DNA from: Spirochaetia bacterium
Lineage (GTDB): Bacteria > Spirochaetota > Spirochaetia > DSM-2461
NCBI GenBank assembly: GCA_963668315.1
Contig: OY764216.1
Span: forward strand, 3,840,001 to 3,904,000
Direction of reading: 5' to 3'
DNA length: 64,000 nt
Below the pieces are notes generated by a model that was not told where the DNA came from, ran no database searches, and worked only from the letters and a program-made list of their open reading frames with translations. A program made the translations under genes and the position numbers. Shown here in pieces: positions 20,132 to 29,496 of this stretch (positions within the stretch are counted from its first letter, which is position 1; every line of letters starts with the position of its first letter).

Positions 20132-21097
20132 TCAATCAGCCTCGGCCCCCTGTTCCTTGCGCCGTTTATAAAGCTGATAGGAATTCATGGTATTGTGCCA
20201 GATACTATAGAACCCTCCGGCTAGAGAGGTCACCGGCGTCAGGAAAGTATACCCCATCCATATGGCGAATACCGTATTTTTCTGTCCCAGGGCCTGACCG
20301 GCGGTGACTCGTTCACCGTACTTTCTGCCCGCTTTCCAGCCCAGACCGAACTGCAGGAGACAGGCCAACAGGGAAATCCCCCCGATGCCGGCTTCATAGA
20401 TAAAAGCGACCCGACTGTGCATGATTTCTCTTACCGTGACCCCTATGGCAATGGCCAGTGCCACCGCCCACAGATAAAAGGCCAGATCCTTAATCCCGAT
20501 AAGTTTCCTGTGTAACGGGGGCAAAAACTTTCGGACAAACCAGGCGGCAAAAAAAGGGAGGATCAGCAGAGGAAAAACCTTCTTCAGTATAACCCAGAAG
20601 GACGGCAGAAATGTCAGTCCCTCAACGGGATGCACCAGAGGAAGCAGCAGCGGGACCATAAGGGCAGTGATCATATTCCCCATGATGGTGTAGGACGTCA
20701 ATGACGCAGGATTCCCCCCCAGTTTGTCGGTCACCACGATAGCTGCCGTTGCCGTGGGACAGATCATACAGATCATGGCGCTTTCCACAATCACCCTTTC
20801 AGGCATAGCAGGGAAAATCATCAAAACCCCGCCCAGAAGAAGAAAAAAGCCGGTCTGGATAAGGACAAGCCATCCATGCCACGGTGAAAATTTCAGATCT
20901 CTCGGATCAACCTTGCAGAAGGAGAGGAAGAGCATGGTAAAAATCAGGGAGGGCTGCAATACTGAGATGATTCCCCCTATCCCCGTATGTACAGCCGCAG
21001 GCAGATTCAGTCTGGCATATAAAAGATAGCCCAGTGCTCCTGCTATCATTGATACGGGCAGGGTCCAATTACGTAGAAAGGGGATTATTTTCTTCAT
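20132..21097 (-). CDS. Bile acid:sodium symporter (BASS) family transporter
   Basis: Hydrophobic, about 10 TM; ICPTATAAIVVTDKLGG, GQALGQKNT. Start set at MKKII. Confidence 0.8.
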   Translation of the reverse strand: MKKIIPFLRNWTLPVSMIAGALGYLLYARLNLPAAVHTGIGGIISVLQPSLIFTMLFLSFCKVDPRDLKFSPWHGWLVLIQTGFFLLLGGVLMIFPAMPERVIVESAMICMICPTATAAIVVTDKLGGNPASLTSYTIMGNMITALMVPLLLPLVHPVEGLTFLPSFWVILKKVFPLLILPFFAAWFVRKFLPPLHRKLIGIKDLAFYLWAVALAIAIGVTVREIMHSRVAFIYEAGIGGISLLACLLQFGLGWKAGRKYGERVTAGQALGQKNTVFAIWMGYTFLTPVTSLAGGFYSIWHNTMNSYQLYKRRKEQGAEAD

Positions 21098-21197
21098 TCT
21101 TTCGATCCTATAGTGTGAGCATGGGGACAATCATACCGCCGAACGGCCGTGCTATGCTATAGAAAAGGGATAGTTCTTTTCCCGACTTGGCGAACAT

Positions 21198-21224
21198 AAA
21201 AAAAGACCGGCTGTTAACCGGTCT
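21198..21224 (-). terminator. Rho-independent terminator (minus strand)
   Basis: AGACCGG-TTAACAG-CCGGTC followed by T7. Confidence 0.8.
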
Positions 21225-21352
21225 CAAAATTAGGAGAGAATCTTATGAAAAAGCCTTCCACTCAAGTCTGCTGCTCTCGTGTCCAGGGTGTTTACCGCCC
21301 CGCGGCTGATAGGGATAATATAAACCGCCAGGATTTCACCTTCCTTTCATGA
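21198..21352 (-). ncRNA. Candidate small RNA (or long 3' UTR) with anti-SD/anti-start seed
   Basis: Intergenic, ends in a strong terminator. Just 5' of it lies TTTTTCATAAGATTCTCTCCT, complementary to AGGAGA-N7-ATGAAAAA. Confidence 0.4.
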
Positions 21353-21408
21353 CTATTACATCTGAGTAATTTTGCCAAACTGTAACGCCTGTGTTGTGTC
21401 GTTTCCCC

Positions 21409-24042
21409 CTATGGTGTAACCGGATCCACGCAATAGGTCACGTAGTTGAATATCTGGTCGCCGAAACTACGGGGAATCATGACACTCCCCCATTTAAATA
21501 GATTATTTTCATAATCTTCATAACCAATAATACTACCCACAGCGCCACAGATTTCGAGACCATCGCTTGTATTGTGTTCATAAGCGTAGCCCGCATGAAT
21601 CCCTGCCCCGAAGTTGATATAAGCATAGCCATATTTGTTTTCTTGCTCCACTCCGATTGTCAGGTCGCAATTGTAAGTGCTCGTGCTTGTGATTGTTTTC
21701 AATTTGGATTCTTCTAGAGTGGCATGCCCCTGGCATACAAGGTTCATATCCGGTGTGGCTAACCATGTCTCTTCATCATCCTTCTCTTCTGCTACGAGAT
21801 CGGCCAATTCCAAAGAGGTATAGTAACTGAATGCATCTCCTATATTGTGATGTAGAATATCCCGGGGAATCCTCTGATCCTCTTCCACAACACTGTTGTA
21901 ATAGCCAACGCTTACCGAATGAATAAGAGGTTCCCTGGGAACATTTACCAGAAGGTAATCACCAGCAGAAAGATAACTCCCGTCTTCTTCCAAAAAACCC
22001 TCTTCTTTCGGAGCCGCAAGAATCCTGTAGGTGTATACGTCCATAGGGACTCCGGCAAAAATAACCTGATCATCCCCCTCTGCGTGAGCTATATGTGAGA
22101 TGTTATGCCCCAGCATACGGGTCTGTCCCCAGCTCCAGGCCCACTCACTGGTTATATCCACTCCTATACTCGCGCCAAAGGAGGCGCCGAACTCACTTTC
22201 CTCCGCCATAAAGCCAAAGGACGTAGTGACGTAGAACCCCAATGTTCCACTATGGGATGTCTCACTATCCTGTGAAAGATTATAGGCAGTATAACTATTA
22301 TTCAAGTCCATATCTATGCCGTCAATATAAGGTGGCGATGCTAATACGGCTAAGATCTTCGGATCCGAATATACCAACTCATGCGTTTCGTATTCCACAA
22401 CCAGAGAGTCATCGTCCATATTGGCCAGGGCGATGGTGGGATATTGATCATACGAATTCAGGGATATTTCCTTGATTATCCCAAATGCACCATCATCCGA
22501 TTTTCCCCAAACGACGAATTTACAAATGTTATTGTCATGTTTGTGATGGGCAATAGTATTATCCCAGGGAAGCATGTCGAATTGCATATAAATTAGATTA
22601 TCATAGCCATCTCCCGTCACATCTCCTGCCACAGCCAGATCGTAAGCCAGATATTGGAACCCATTTATATCAGATACGGTATACATGCCTTTGTCGAATA
22701 TTTCGAGTGTTCCTTTCTCTTCATCAAAGTAGAGAATAAGATCCAGGATGTTGAAGTAATCCTTATCGCCCCCGTTAAATTTCCCCGGGACGACCCGTGG
22801 GACATAGAAATTTCTGGGATGTACTCCGCTTACAGAAGTGACTCCTCCGAAATCGTAGTCAGCTACAGGATAAGTGGCAATGAAAGCATCCGCGTTTTCG
22901 TTATAGGGATCGATGATAGTAGCCCGGAAACCCAAATTGGCATGCATGTGGTCGGTGAGATCTTTTATGTAATCATCATCCCACCCTCTCTCGCTTTCTA
23001 CTCCCGCCAGAACCAGTTCATTAAGACCGTCCCCATTATAATCGGCTATGGCTATCTCACCGGAGCAGAAGTAAACCGATTCGCTTTTAAGGGTATTATG
23101 GAGTTCCGCATAGTCGGTCGGATTATTTTTTTCTTTACTAATGCCAAGGCCATCTTCCCCTCCCTTGAAAATATAGTATGAACCGATACCGGTACCTTTA
23201 TATACTCGTCCCCCGTCGACTACGACAAGATCATCGTAATCGTCGCCGTTCAGATCTCCCGCCTCAACGCGAACAAAACGCCCGGTATCGTCGGAGTCAT
23301 CCACTTCGAAACTGCCGACAAAGTTCAGTTCGTTATCCAGGATAATGACTCCTGTCATGCAGGAAAGGGCGAAATCGCAGAGTCCGTCATGGTTAAAATC
23401 GCCCGCCGTAAAGTCCCTCATAAAGTATTCGTCATGGATCCATTCTCTCGACCCGAAGTCCCCCATAAAAGTCAGATTTTCAAGAGCCTTAATATCCTTA
23501 TTATATGTGCCGTCAGGCCCTGCATATTTAAAGTAGATCCTACTCCCCTCGCCGTCAAAAACGGCGGTAACGACCTCATCATACCCGTCCCCGTTCATGT
23601 CTCCGGCAACGCTCTTCTTCGGAAGGGAAAGCCAGTCGGCGCCCACGCCGATTTCTGTAATATTGTATTGACTTAAAATATTCATCTCATTTCCGTAACC
23701 GTCCTGTTCCCCCATGAAATGGCGACCGTAGGAAGAGATGCTCGCCCCGGCCTGAAAGATTTCATATTCCGTAGCATAGGTGAATATCTTATTCCCAAAG
23801 GGATTCATATCCTCCGTAACGGCTTCTCCCTTGTTAGTCAGCTGTTGCGACGAATCCAGGTCAAGTCCAAGTGATTCCCAGACTTCTTGGTTCCAGGCTG
23901 CTGAATCTTCCGGATCTCCCCCTCCGGTATCCGGATCGGCAGGAGATGTTCCGGTACATCCCCATGTAATCAGACTCAGAAAAAAAATAGCCACACCATG
24001 TTTTCCCAATAGACACATTCTTTTCAGAATTTTCGTTCCCAT
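21409..24042 (-). CDS. Large lipoprotein with seven FG-GAP/VCBS-like repeats and an uncharacterised beta-rich C-terminal domain
   Basis: Lipobox ITWG-C. Repeats GDMNGDGYDEV, GDFNHDGLCDF, GDLNGDDYDDL, ADYNGDGLNEL, GKFNGGDKDYF, GDVTGDGYDNL, ANMDDDS. Confidence 0.8.
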   Translation of the reverse strand: MGTKILKRMCLLGKHGVAIFFLSLITWGCTGTSPADPDTGGGDPEDSAAWNQEVWESLGLDLDSSQQLTNKGEAVTEDMNPFGNKIFTYATEYEIFQAGASISSYGRHFMGEQDGYGNEMNILSQYNITEIGVGADWLSLPKKSVAGDMNGDGYDEVVTAVFDGEGSRIYFKYAGPDGTYNKDIKALENLTFMGDFGSREWIHDEYFMRDFTAGDFNHDGLCDFALSCMTGVIILDNELNFVGSFEVDDSDDTGRFVRVEAGDLNGDDYDDLVVVDGGRVYKGTGIGSYYIFKGGEDGLGISKEKNNPTDYAELHNTLKSESVYFCSGEIAIADYNGDGLNELVLAGVESERGWDDDYIKDLTDHMHANLGFRATIIDPYNENADAFIATYPVADYDFGGVTSVSGVHPRNFYVPRVVPGKFNGGDKDYFNILDLILYFDEEKGTLEIFDKGMYTVSDINGFQYLAYDLAVAGDVTGDGYDNLIYMQFDMLPWDNTIAHHKHDNNICKFVVWGKSDDGAFGIIKEISLNSYDQYPTIALANMDDDSLVVEYETHELVYSDPKILAVLASPPYIDGIDMDLNNSYTAYNLSQDSETSHSGTLGFYVTTSFGFMAEESEFGASFGASIGVDITSEWAWSWGQTRMLGHNISHIAHAEGDDQVIFAGVPMDVYTYRILAAPKEEGFLEEDGSYLSAGDYLLVNVPREPLIHSVSVGYYNSVVEEDQRIPRDILHHNIGDAFSYYTSLELADLVAEEKDDEETWLATPDMNLVCQGHATLEESKLKTITSTSTYNCDLTIGVEQENKYGYAYINFGAGIHAGYAYEHNTSDGLEICGAVGSIIGYEDYENNLFKWGSVMIPRSFGDQIFNYVTYCVDPVTP

Positions 24043-24102
24043 TAGAAACTCCCTTTCAATCGATTTTGTCTTAAAATAGGCTGAAAAGGAGAAAGGTGCG
24101 TA

Positions 24103-25176
24103 TCAATTTATAAATTGGTACTCGTTTTTTTTCCGGAACTGACTGGGAGTGAGGCCCGTATGATTCAGAAAGGCCCTGTTGAAGGTTGTTTTTGAGTTGA
24201 ATCCGCAATCAATAGCAGTCTGGAGGATATTCGCTTCGGGCTCCGCTTCCAGGATCGCTTTCACTTCTTCGATCCGGTAGGAGTTAACAAAATTATTAAA
24301 GTTACTATTATAATGGCTGTTCAAAAGCTCTGATAACTGCAGGGAAGAGACACTCAGCTCATGGCTCAGTTCTTTCAGAGTCAGTGTGCTTCTCCGGTAA
24401 ATTCGCTTACCGGCCATCAGGTTTTCCAGCCGTTTCAAAAGTTGATCCTTATCGAGTCCCCGCAACTGGGAGTTGGCGTATTTCATCTCTTGCAGCTCAT
24501 TGCGGATATGCTGAAAAAAACCGGGATAACGGATGAGAAAGAAAATGAAATAAAGGGAAATGGCAATAAAAGCGATATTGCTTATAAACAACAGCTCCTT
24601 CCAGATAACTGAAGGAATCAGGATGAAGGAGAAGAGAATGCTGCCTTGCAGGCAAATGAGAAGGTGTCTGGTTTCTCGGGTCCGATTTTCCCCGTAGTGC
24701 CTGCAAAGAGTCCTGTATATGAAAATTAGATAGAGGAACAGGGAAAGGTAGGACAGGGCAATAAGGAAGACAAGCAGGGGATGGCCATTTTTATTCTGCG
24801 GTTCGGAAATTAACATATTGACTACGACTATAAGCGTTAGAGTGATAATAAAAGGCGCCATATGAAATCTAATAATTCTCGGGAGAATCAGGGTATGGCC
24901 TGTCATGTAAGAAACGAACAGATAAAGGGACGGTCCGATGAGAAAGAGAAAGGCGCTGTCCGAATAGGTGAAGTATCTCAGAAAAACCGGGCTGTCCCTG
25001 CAATACAGCCAGAAGGACAGGTTCTGAATGGCAACGGCAAAGTAGAACAGGGAAAGAAAATAATCCGCTGGAAGCTTCTTCTTCTGAATCAACTGCATGA
25101 GGGAGAAGAAAAAAAATATAATCGATACGACAAATGACACATTTACAATAGGGGGAACAAAATCGTTAAAATCCAC
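24103..25176 (-). CDS. Membrane-anchored AraC-family regulator (about 7 TM + C-terminal HTH)
   Basis: Hydrophobic N-terminal about 215 aa; C-terminal LTLKELS..LS.LLN....NFNNFVNSYRIEE..ILQTAIDCGFNSKTTFNRAF...TGLTPSQFRK. Confidence 0.88.
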   Translation of the reverse strand: MDFNDFVPPIVNVSFVVSIIFFFFSLMQLIQKKKLPADYFLSLFYFAVAIQNLSFWLYCRDSPVFLRYFTYSDSAFLFLIGPSLYLFVSYMTGHTLILPRIIRFHMAPFIITLTLIVVVNMLISEPQNKNGHPLLVFLIALSYLSLFLYLIFIYRTLCRHYGENRTRETRHLLICLQGSILFSFILIPSVIWKELLFISNIAFIAISLYFIFFLIRYPGFFQHIRNELQEMKYANSQLRGLDKDQLLKRLENLMAGKRIYRRSTLTLKELSHELSVSSLQLSELLNSHYNSNFNNFVNSYRIEEVKAILEAEPEANILQTAIDCGFNSKTTFNRAFLNHTGLTPSQFRKKNEYQFIN

Positions 25177-25310
25177 TTTCCTGAATTACCTCCGGCCCTA
25201 TTACATTATGGCATAATCGGGGCGTCATTGCCATCAAAATAATGAATATGGGTGATTTAATTATCCGTCTATCGTCACCCAAAAAATTATCCCGGCAGTA
25301 AAAAACTCTC

Positions 25311-26840
25311 TCACAGAGTGCCCCAGTAAATATCCCTGTCCCCGTACCGCCTGTACTGAAGAGCTTCCAGAATATGTTCCTCTCCAATCGTCTCGCAGAT
25401 ATCCAGGTCGGCGACCGTCCGCGCCACCCGCAATACGGAATGACTGGCACGGGTGGAGAGGCAGAGATGCTTCACTCCCCCGATAAAAGCCTTCACGGCC
25501 CGGTCGTCAAGACGGCAGTAGAGAGAAAGCCGGGATACGGGAATCCGGGCATTCCAGAAAAAACCTTCCCCCCCATGACGTCGTCTCTGTATCTCCCAGG
25601 CATGGCGCACCCGCTCCCTCACCGTCCGACTCGTCTCTTCCCCCCTTCCCAAAAGAACTTCCGCCGGGACGGGCTTGAGGGGAACACGCATGTCGACGCG
25701 GTCCATAAGCGCTCCCCCGATACGGCGCCAGTACCGTTCAATCTCACGGGACGTACAGATACAGGCCGATGACTCCCTCCCCAGGTTGCCGCAGGGACAG
25801 GGGTTGGCCGCCATCACCAGCTGGAAATCGGCGGGGAACCAGTAGGAACGGCCTGCCCGGGTGATACGGACGGTGCCGTTCTCCACCGGTTCCCTTAACC
25901 CCTGAAGAATGGGCGTCTGAAATTCCGGGGTCTCGTCCAGAAACAGAATGCCCCGGTGGGCCAGGGAGATCTCGCCGGGAACCACGGCGGAGGAACCGCC
26001 CACCATCCCCTGGAGAGAGGCGGAATGGTGTGGCATTCGGAAGGGAGGCCAGGAGATGAGTCCCGTTCCCTCTTCCAGACAGCCCGCCTGGGACCAGAGC
26101 CGGGTCACTTCCACCGACTCTTCCTTAGTCAGTTCAGGAAGGAGACCGGGCAAACGGCGGGATGCCATGGTTTTTCCGCATCCGGGAGGACCGAACAGCA
26201 TCAGATTATGATGGCCCGCAGCGGCGATCTCAAGAGCTCTTCTGCCGAGAGGCTGGCCTTTAAGATCGGCCATATCGGGATAGGGGTTTTCTCCGTAGCG
26301 GGGAGGATCGGAGGGTATGTTTTTTTCACCCTTCCCTTCCATCAGCCCGGTCCAGACGTCTCTTACCTCGCCCAGGGAATCCAGAGGCAAAACGTTCCCC
26401 TCGGCGGCCGAGAGGGCTTCCTGAAGATTATTCCTGGGAATAATAAACCGTCGGATGCCCCGCCTGGAGGCTTCGGATACGGCGGAAATAACTCCCTTCA
26501 CAGGCCGCACCGTTCCATCCAGCTGGAGCTCTCCCAGAACAAGCAGCGGTCCTCCCGGATCGGAGAGTTCTCCTCCCGCCCGGAGTATGGCCAGCGCCAT
26601 GGAAAGATCATAACCGGCCCCTTCTTTTTTGACACCGGCGGGAGACAAATTAATCAGTATTCGTTCGAGGGGCAGCTCGAATCCGCCCCGTTTCAGAGCG
26701 ACACGGACCCTTTCCCGGGCTTCCTTCACGGCCGAATCGGGCAGACCGACCACGTCCAGGGACGGGATGCCCCGGCGCATGTCCACTTCCACGGAGATGA
26801 GATCCCCTTCGTATCCTCTGAAAGCATAACAGTAAATCAT
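25311..26840 (-). CDS. comM: YifB/ComM Mg-chelatase-like AAA+ ATPase
   Basis: VVGLPDSAVKEARERV, INLSPAGVKKEG..YDL, GPPGCGKT, PHHSAS, PGEISLAHRGILFLDE, ANPCPCG, ILEALQYR. Start ATG 26840 (GGAG SD). Confidence 0.93.
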   Translation of the reverse strand: MIYCYAFRGYEGDLISVEVDMRRGIPSLDVVGLPDSAVKEARERVRVALKRGGFELPLERILINLSPAGVKKEGAGYDLSMALAILRAGGELSDPGGPLLVLGELQLDGTVRPVKGVISAVSEASRRGIRRFIIPRNNLQEALSAAEGNVLPLDSLGEVRDVWTGLMEGKGEKNIPSDPPRYGENPYPDMADLKGQPLGRRALEIAAAGHHNLMLFGPPGCGKTMASRRLPGLLPELTKEESVEVTRLWSQAGCLEEGTGLISWPPFRMPHHSASLQGMVGGSSAVVPGEISLAHRGILFLDETPEFQTPILQGLREPVENGTVRITRAGRSYWFPADFQLVMAANPCPCGNLGRESSACICTSREIERYWRRIGGALMDRVDMRVPLKPVPAEVLLGRGEETSRTVRERVRHAWEIQRRRHGGEGFFWNARIPVSRLSLYCRLDDRAVKAFIGGVKHLCLSTRASHSVLRVARTVADLDICETIGEEHILEALQYRRYGDRDIYWGTL

Positions 26841-27094
26841 GATATTCTCCCCATTAAGAATTCCTTCCGCCAAGAGCGGAAGATTCATAAATAGGGAGCT
26901 GTTTTTCTACGAAAATCTGCAAAATGAAAGATAATTTTGCTTTGACGCCTCCAATCGATTATCTAGGAAAAACGATAGAAATCGAGTCTCGGTCAGAGGC
27001 TCTGAAACTCGCGGCCATACCGACATGATATTGAATACATTCAGAGTGTATATCGCTGCGCTCTCAAAGCTGACAGCGTCCTAGCTGAATGCCC

Positions 27095-27934
27095 CTAACG
27101 GAAGGCTCTCACAGCTCTGACCTTACATTTTTCCGCTCTTAAGGAAGTGTCATAATGACCAGCGTCAACATCTAAAATAAAGGCTCCATCAGCACTGTAA
27201 TCAGTCGAGCTCCAATATTCCCCCGAAAGAGCGGAGACCTCATTTAATTGTATAAGCTCATCCCGGGAAGGCAGAAACCAGTCGTCATATCCGCCGGATA
27301 CCAGATCATCGCATACCTTTGCGGCATAGGAAGAGGTTGTCTCATTATTATACATATTTATTGTCAAACGAGCACTATCGCCCATCTGAGCAACTAGGGA
27401 AAGTGTGTTATTCTCCCCCTCGCCTATGCTTTGGGAGGTTGCCGGATCGGCTCCTATGAATATACCATTGTCAAGCATGAAATGACCGAATATGTAGGTA
27501 CCACTCAGATCGGTGGGCGCAGCTTCCAAATACATCCAATCATCATCGGAACTGCGGGTATAAAAAATATGACCGCCGGCAGGACCGATGTCACCTACCT
27601 GGTAAGTCTTATCCTTCCAAGCGGCGGCGAGGCTATGGTCCGACGTACTGGTAACGATAGTCTGGGCAGTCACTTCTGTACCGCTGCCATCGCGCCAGCC
27701 GTCAAAGGTCTTGTCGCTCAACGTGACCGTAGGAAGCGTTCCGTAAGCGGAACCGGTAGTAACCTCTTTCTCGGCAAAGCTCAGGTCGCTTCCGCCGTTA
27801 GCATCAAAAGTAACGGTGACCGTCGTCCCGGAAGTGTCTCCCTCACCGGATGAATCTCAGGCTGTTTCATTTACACCGGGGCATGAGACGAACAGACAGA
27901 TCATGGCAAAAATAGCTATAGCGTTTATTTTCAT
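27095..27934 (-). pseudogene. Lipoprotein with InlB B-repeat and C-terminal DUF1566 (Lcl/CLec-like) domain, interrupted by in-frame TGA at codon 26
   Basis: One frame reads MKINAIAIFAMICLFVSCPGVNETA*DSSGEG...VTFDANGG...LPTVTLSDKTFDGW...YQVGDIGPAGGHIFY...WFLPSRDEL...YWSST...VRAVRAF. TGA at 27857-27859. Confidence 0.8.
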
Positions 27935-27964
27935 GCTAATAATATATCATCTATTTTTTTTAAA

Positions 27965-29176
27965 TCAGGGGGCCAGAAAAAACATGCCGCAAACGAGGCT
28001 TATCAGAGTAATCGGCAGACCGGCTTTCAGATACTCCGTAAAGGAGATGCGAATCCCCTGTCTTGAGGCGGATTCTGCCACGATCAGATTGGCGACCGAT
28101 CCGATGAGGGTCATATTTCCCGCGAAGGTTGTCGATAGGGCCAATGTCAGCCAGGCCGATTCCGGATCGGGGAACTGGGACAGGAAGGGTCGAAACAGCA
28201 GTACCGTCGGCACATTGGAGATGAGGTTGCTGAGGATAACAGACACGGCAGAAAGGAAGAACGCCCCTTTTTCAGCCATCGGCTTAAGCCAGCGAAAGAG
28301 CCAGTCGCTCATTCCGGTTGTTTCGATCGAACCGGTGACAATAAATAACCCGGAGAAAAAGACCAGCAGGGTAAAATCGATCTCGCCCAGTACTTTCTCC
28401 GGTTTCACACGCCTGGTAAAAAGAAGCAGGGCGGCCGCAGCCAGAGCCGCCGCGGGAACAGGAACCCCCAGCAGGAAAGCGAAGAGCATTCCCGCCGTGG
28501 ATAAACAGCTTTTCACCAGCAGGGGGCGCAGGATTCTGACTTCATGATGGGGTATTTCCTCGAAATGACCAGAGGAAAACTCCTCGCGGTAGACGAGCAG
28601 GATAATCCCATAGGAAACAGCCAGTCCGAAACAGGCGGAAGGGGCGATTCTTAAAAAGAAGTGCAGATAGGAAATCCCCGAAGCCATACCGATGATCATG
28701 TTCTGCGGATTCCCCGTAAGTGTGGCTGCCGAACCGATATTCGCCGCCGTCATCAGGGCGATAAGATAGGGCAGAGGATTTCTTTTCAGAGTCCGGGTGA
28801 TATGAATCAGCAAGGGGGTGAACATAAGCACGATGGTGTCGTTAAGGAAAATCGCGGAAAGAAGGCCGGACGCCGCGACCACCAGAGCAAGCAGCTGCCT
28901 CGGGGTTCGGGCCCATTGCGTAACGTACATGACCATCAGCCTGAAAAATCCGGCCAGTTTCAGGTTGGTGTTCAAAACCATCATGGAAAAGAGTAGGACC
29001 AGTGTATTCCCATCCAGCGCTCCGTAGGCTTCTTCAAGGGAAATGGCCCCGGTGATGATAAGGAGGGCGGCCCCGATAAGCGCGATGGTGGCCCGATTCA
29101 TCCTGAAGACAGGATAGCGTCCCAAAGCGACTCCCGCAAGAGTCAGGACAATGATGCTAATATGGATAAACGACAT
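27965..29176 (-). CDS. Anion transporter, ArsB/NhaD (YbiR-like) family
   Basis: MNRATIALIGA, SAIFLNDT, AANIGSAATLTGNPQN, SNLISNVP, AGNMTLIGSVANLIV. Start set at MSFIH. Confidence 0.88.
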   Translation of the reverse strand: MSFIHISIIVLTLAGVALGRYPVFRMNRATIALIGAALLIITGAISLEEAYGALDGNTLVLLFSMMVLNTNLKLAGFFRLMVMYVTQWARTPRQLLALVVAASGLLSAIFLNDTIVLMFTPLLIHITRTLKRNPLPYLIALMTAANIGSAATLTGNPQNMIIGMASGISYLHFFLRIAPSACFGLAVSYGIILLVYREEFSSGHFEEIPHHEVRILRPLLVKSCLSTAGMLFAFLLGVPVPAAALAAAALLLFTRRVKPEKVLGEIDFTLLVFFSGLFIVTGSIETTGMSDWLFRWLKPMAEKGAFFLSAVSVILSNLISNVPTVLLFRPFLSQFPDPESAWLTLALSTTFAGNMTLIGSVANLIVAESASRQGIRISFTEYLKAGLPITLISLVCGMFFLAP

Positions 29177-29276
29177 ACCATTCAATCTGCAAAGATCCTG
29201 TCCGGGACAGGCACAGACAGTGGACCGGCCGGACAAAGATGCGGATTTTCCCCACCCCATGATAATTTTAGGCTGG

Positions 29277-29305
29277 ATTATACTGCCGCGCCGATGATGA
29301 GTCAA
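29277..29305 (-). promoter_or_regulatory. sigma70-like promoter for the anion transporter
   Basis: TTGACT-17 nt-TATAAT. Confidence 0.8.
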
Positions 29306-29496
29306 GATTTCTACCCGTCCTGCTGTTCGCCGACTTATTACCATGGGGAACAGCCCTGCGGAGAGGCTCTTTTTCCCCCTTGACGTTTACAAATCACATT
29401 ATATCTGCTAAGTATAATCAATTTTCCCAAAGGGAAAAATGCAGCCCGACCGATCCAGGAGACCTCGCCTTGAATTCAGAGACCGAAAAAAAGAAT

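Noticed and set aside
21245..21352. 35-aa sORF as a type I toxin with an antisense antitoxin
   Set aside because: The peptide (MKKPSTQVCCSRVQGVYRPAADRDNINRQDFTFLS) has no hydrophobic TM helix. Kept only as an alternative reading of the sRNA candidate.
27820..27859. Selenocysteine recoding of the in-frame TGA
   Set aside because: The TGA lies in a flexible linker rather than a redox motif, and the downstream sequence forms only a weak hairpin unlike a convincing SECIS.
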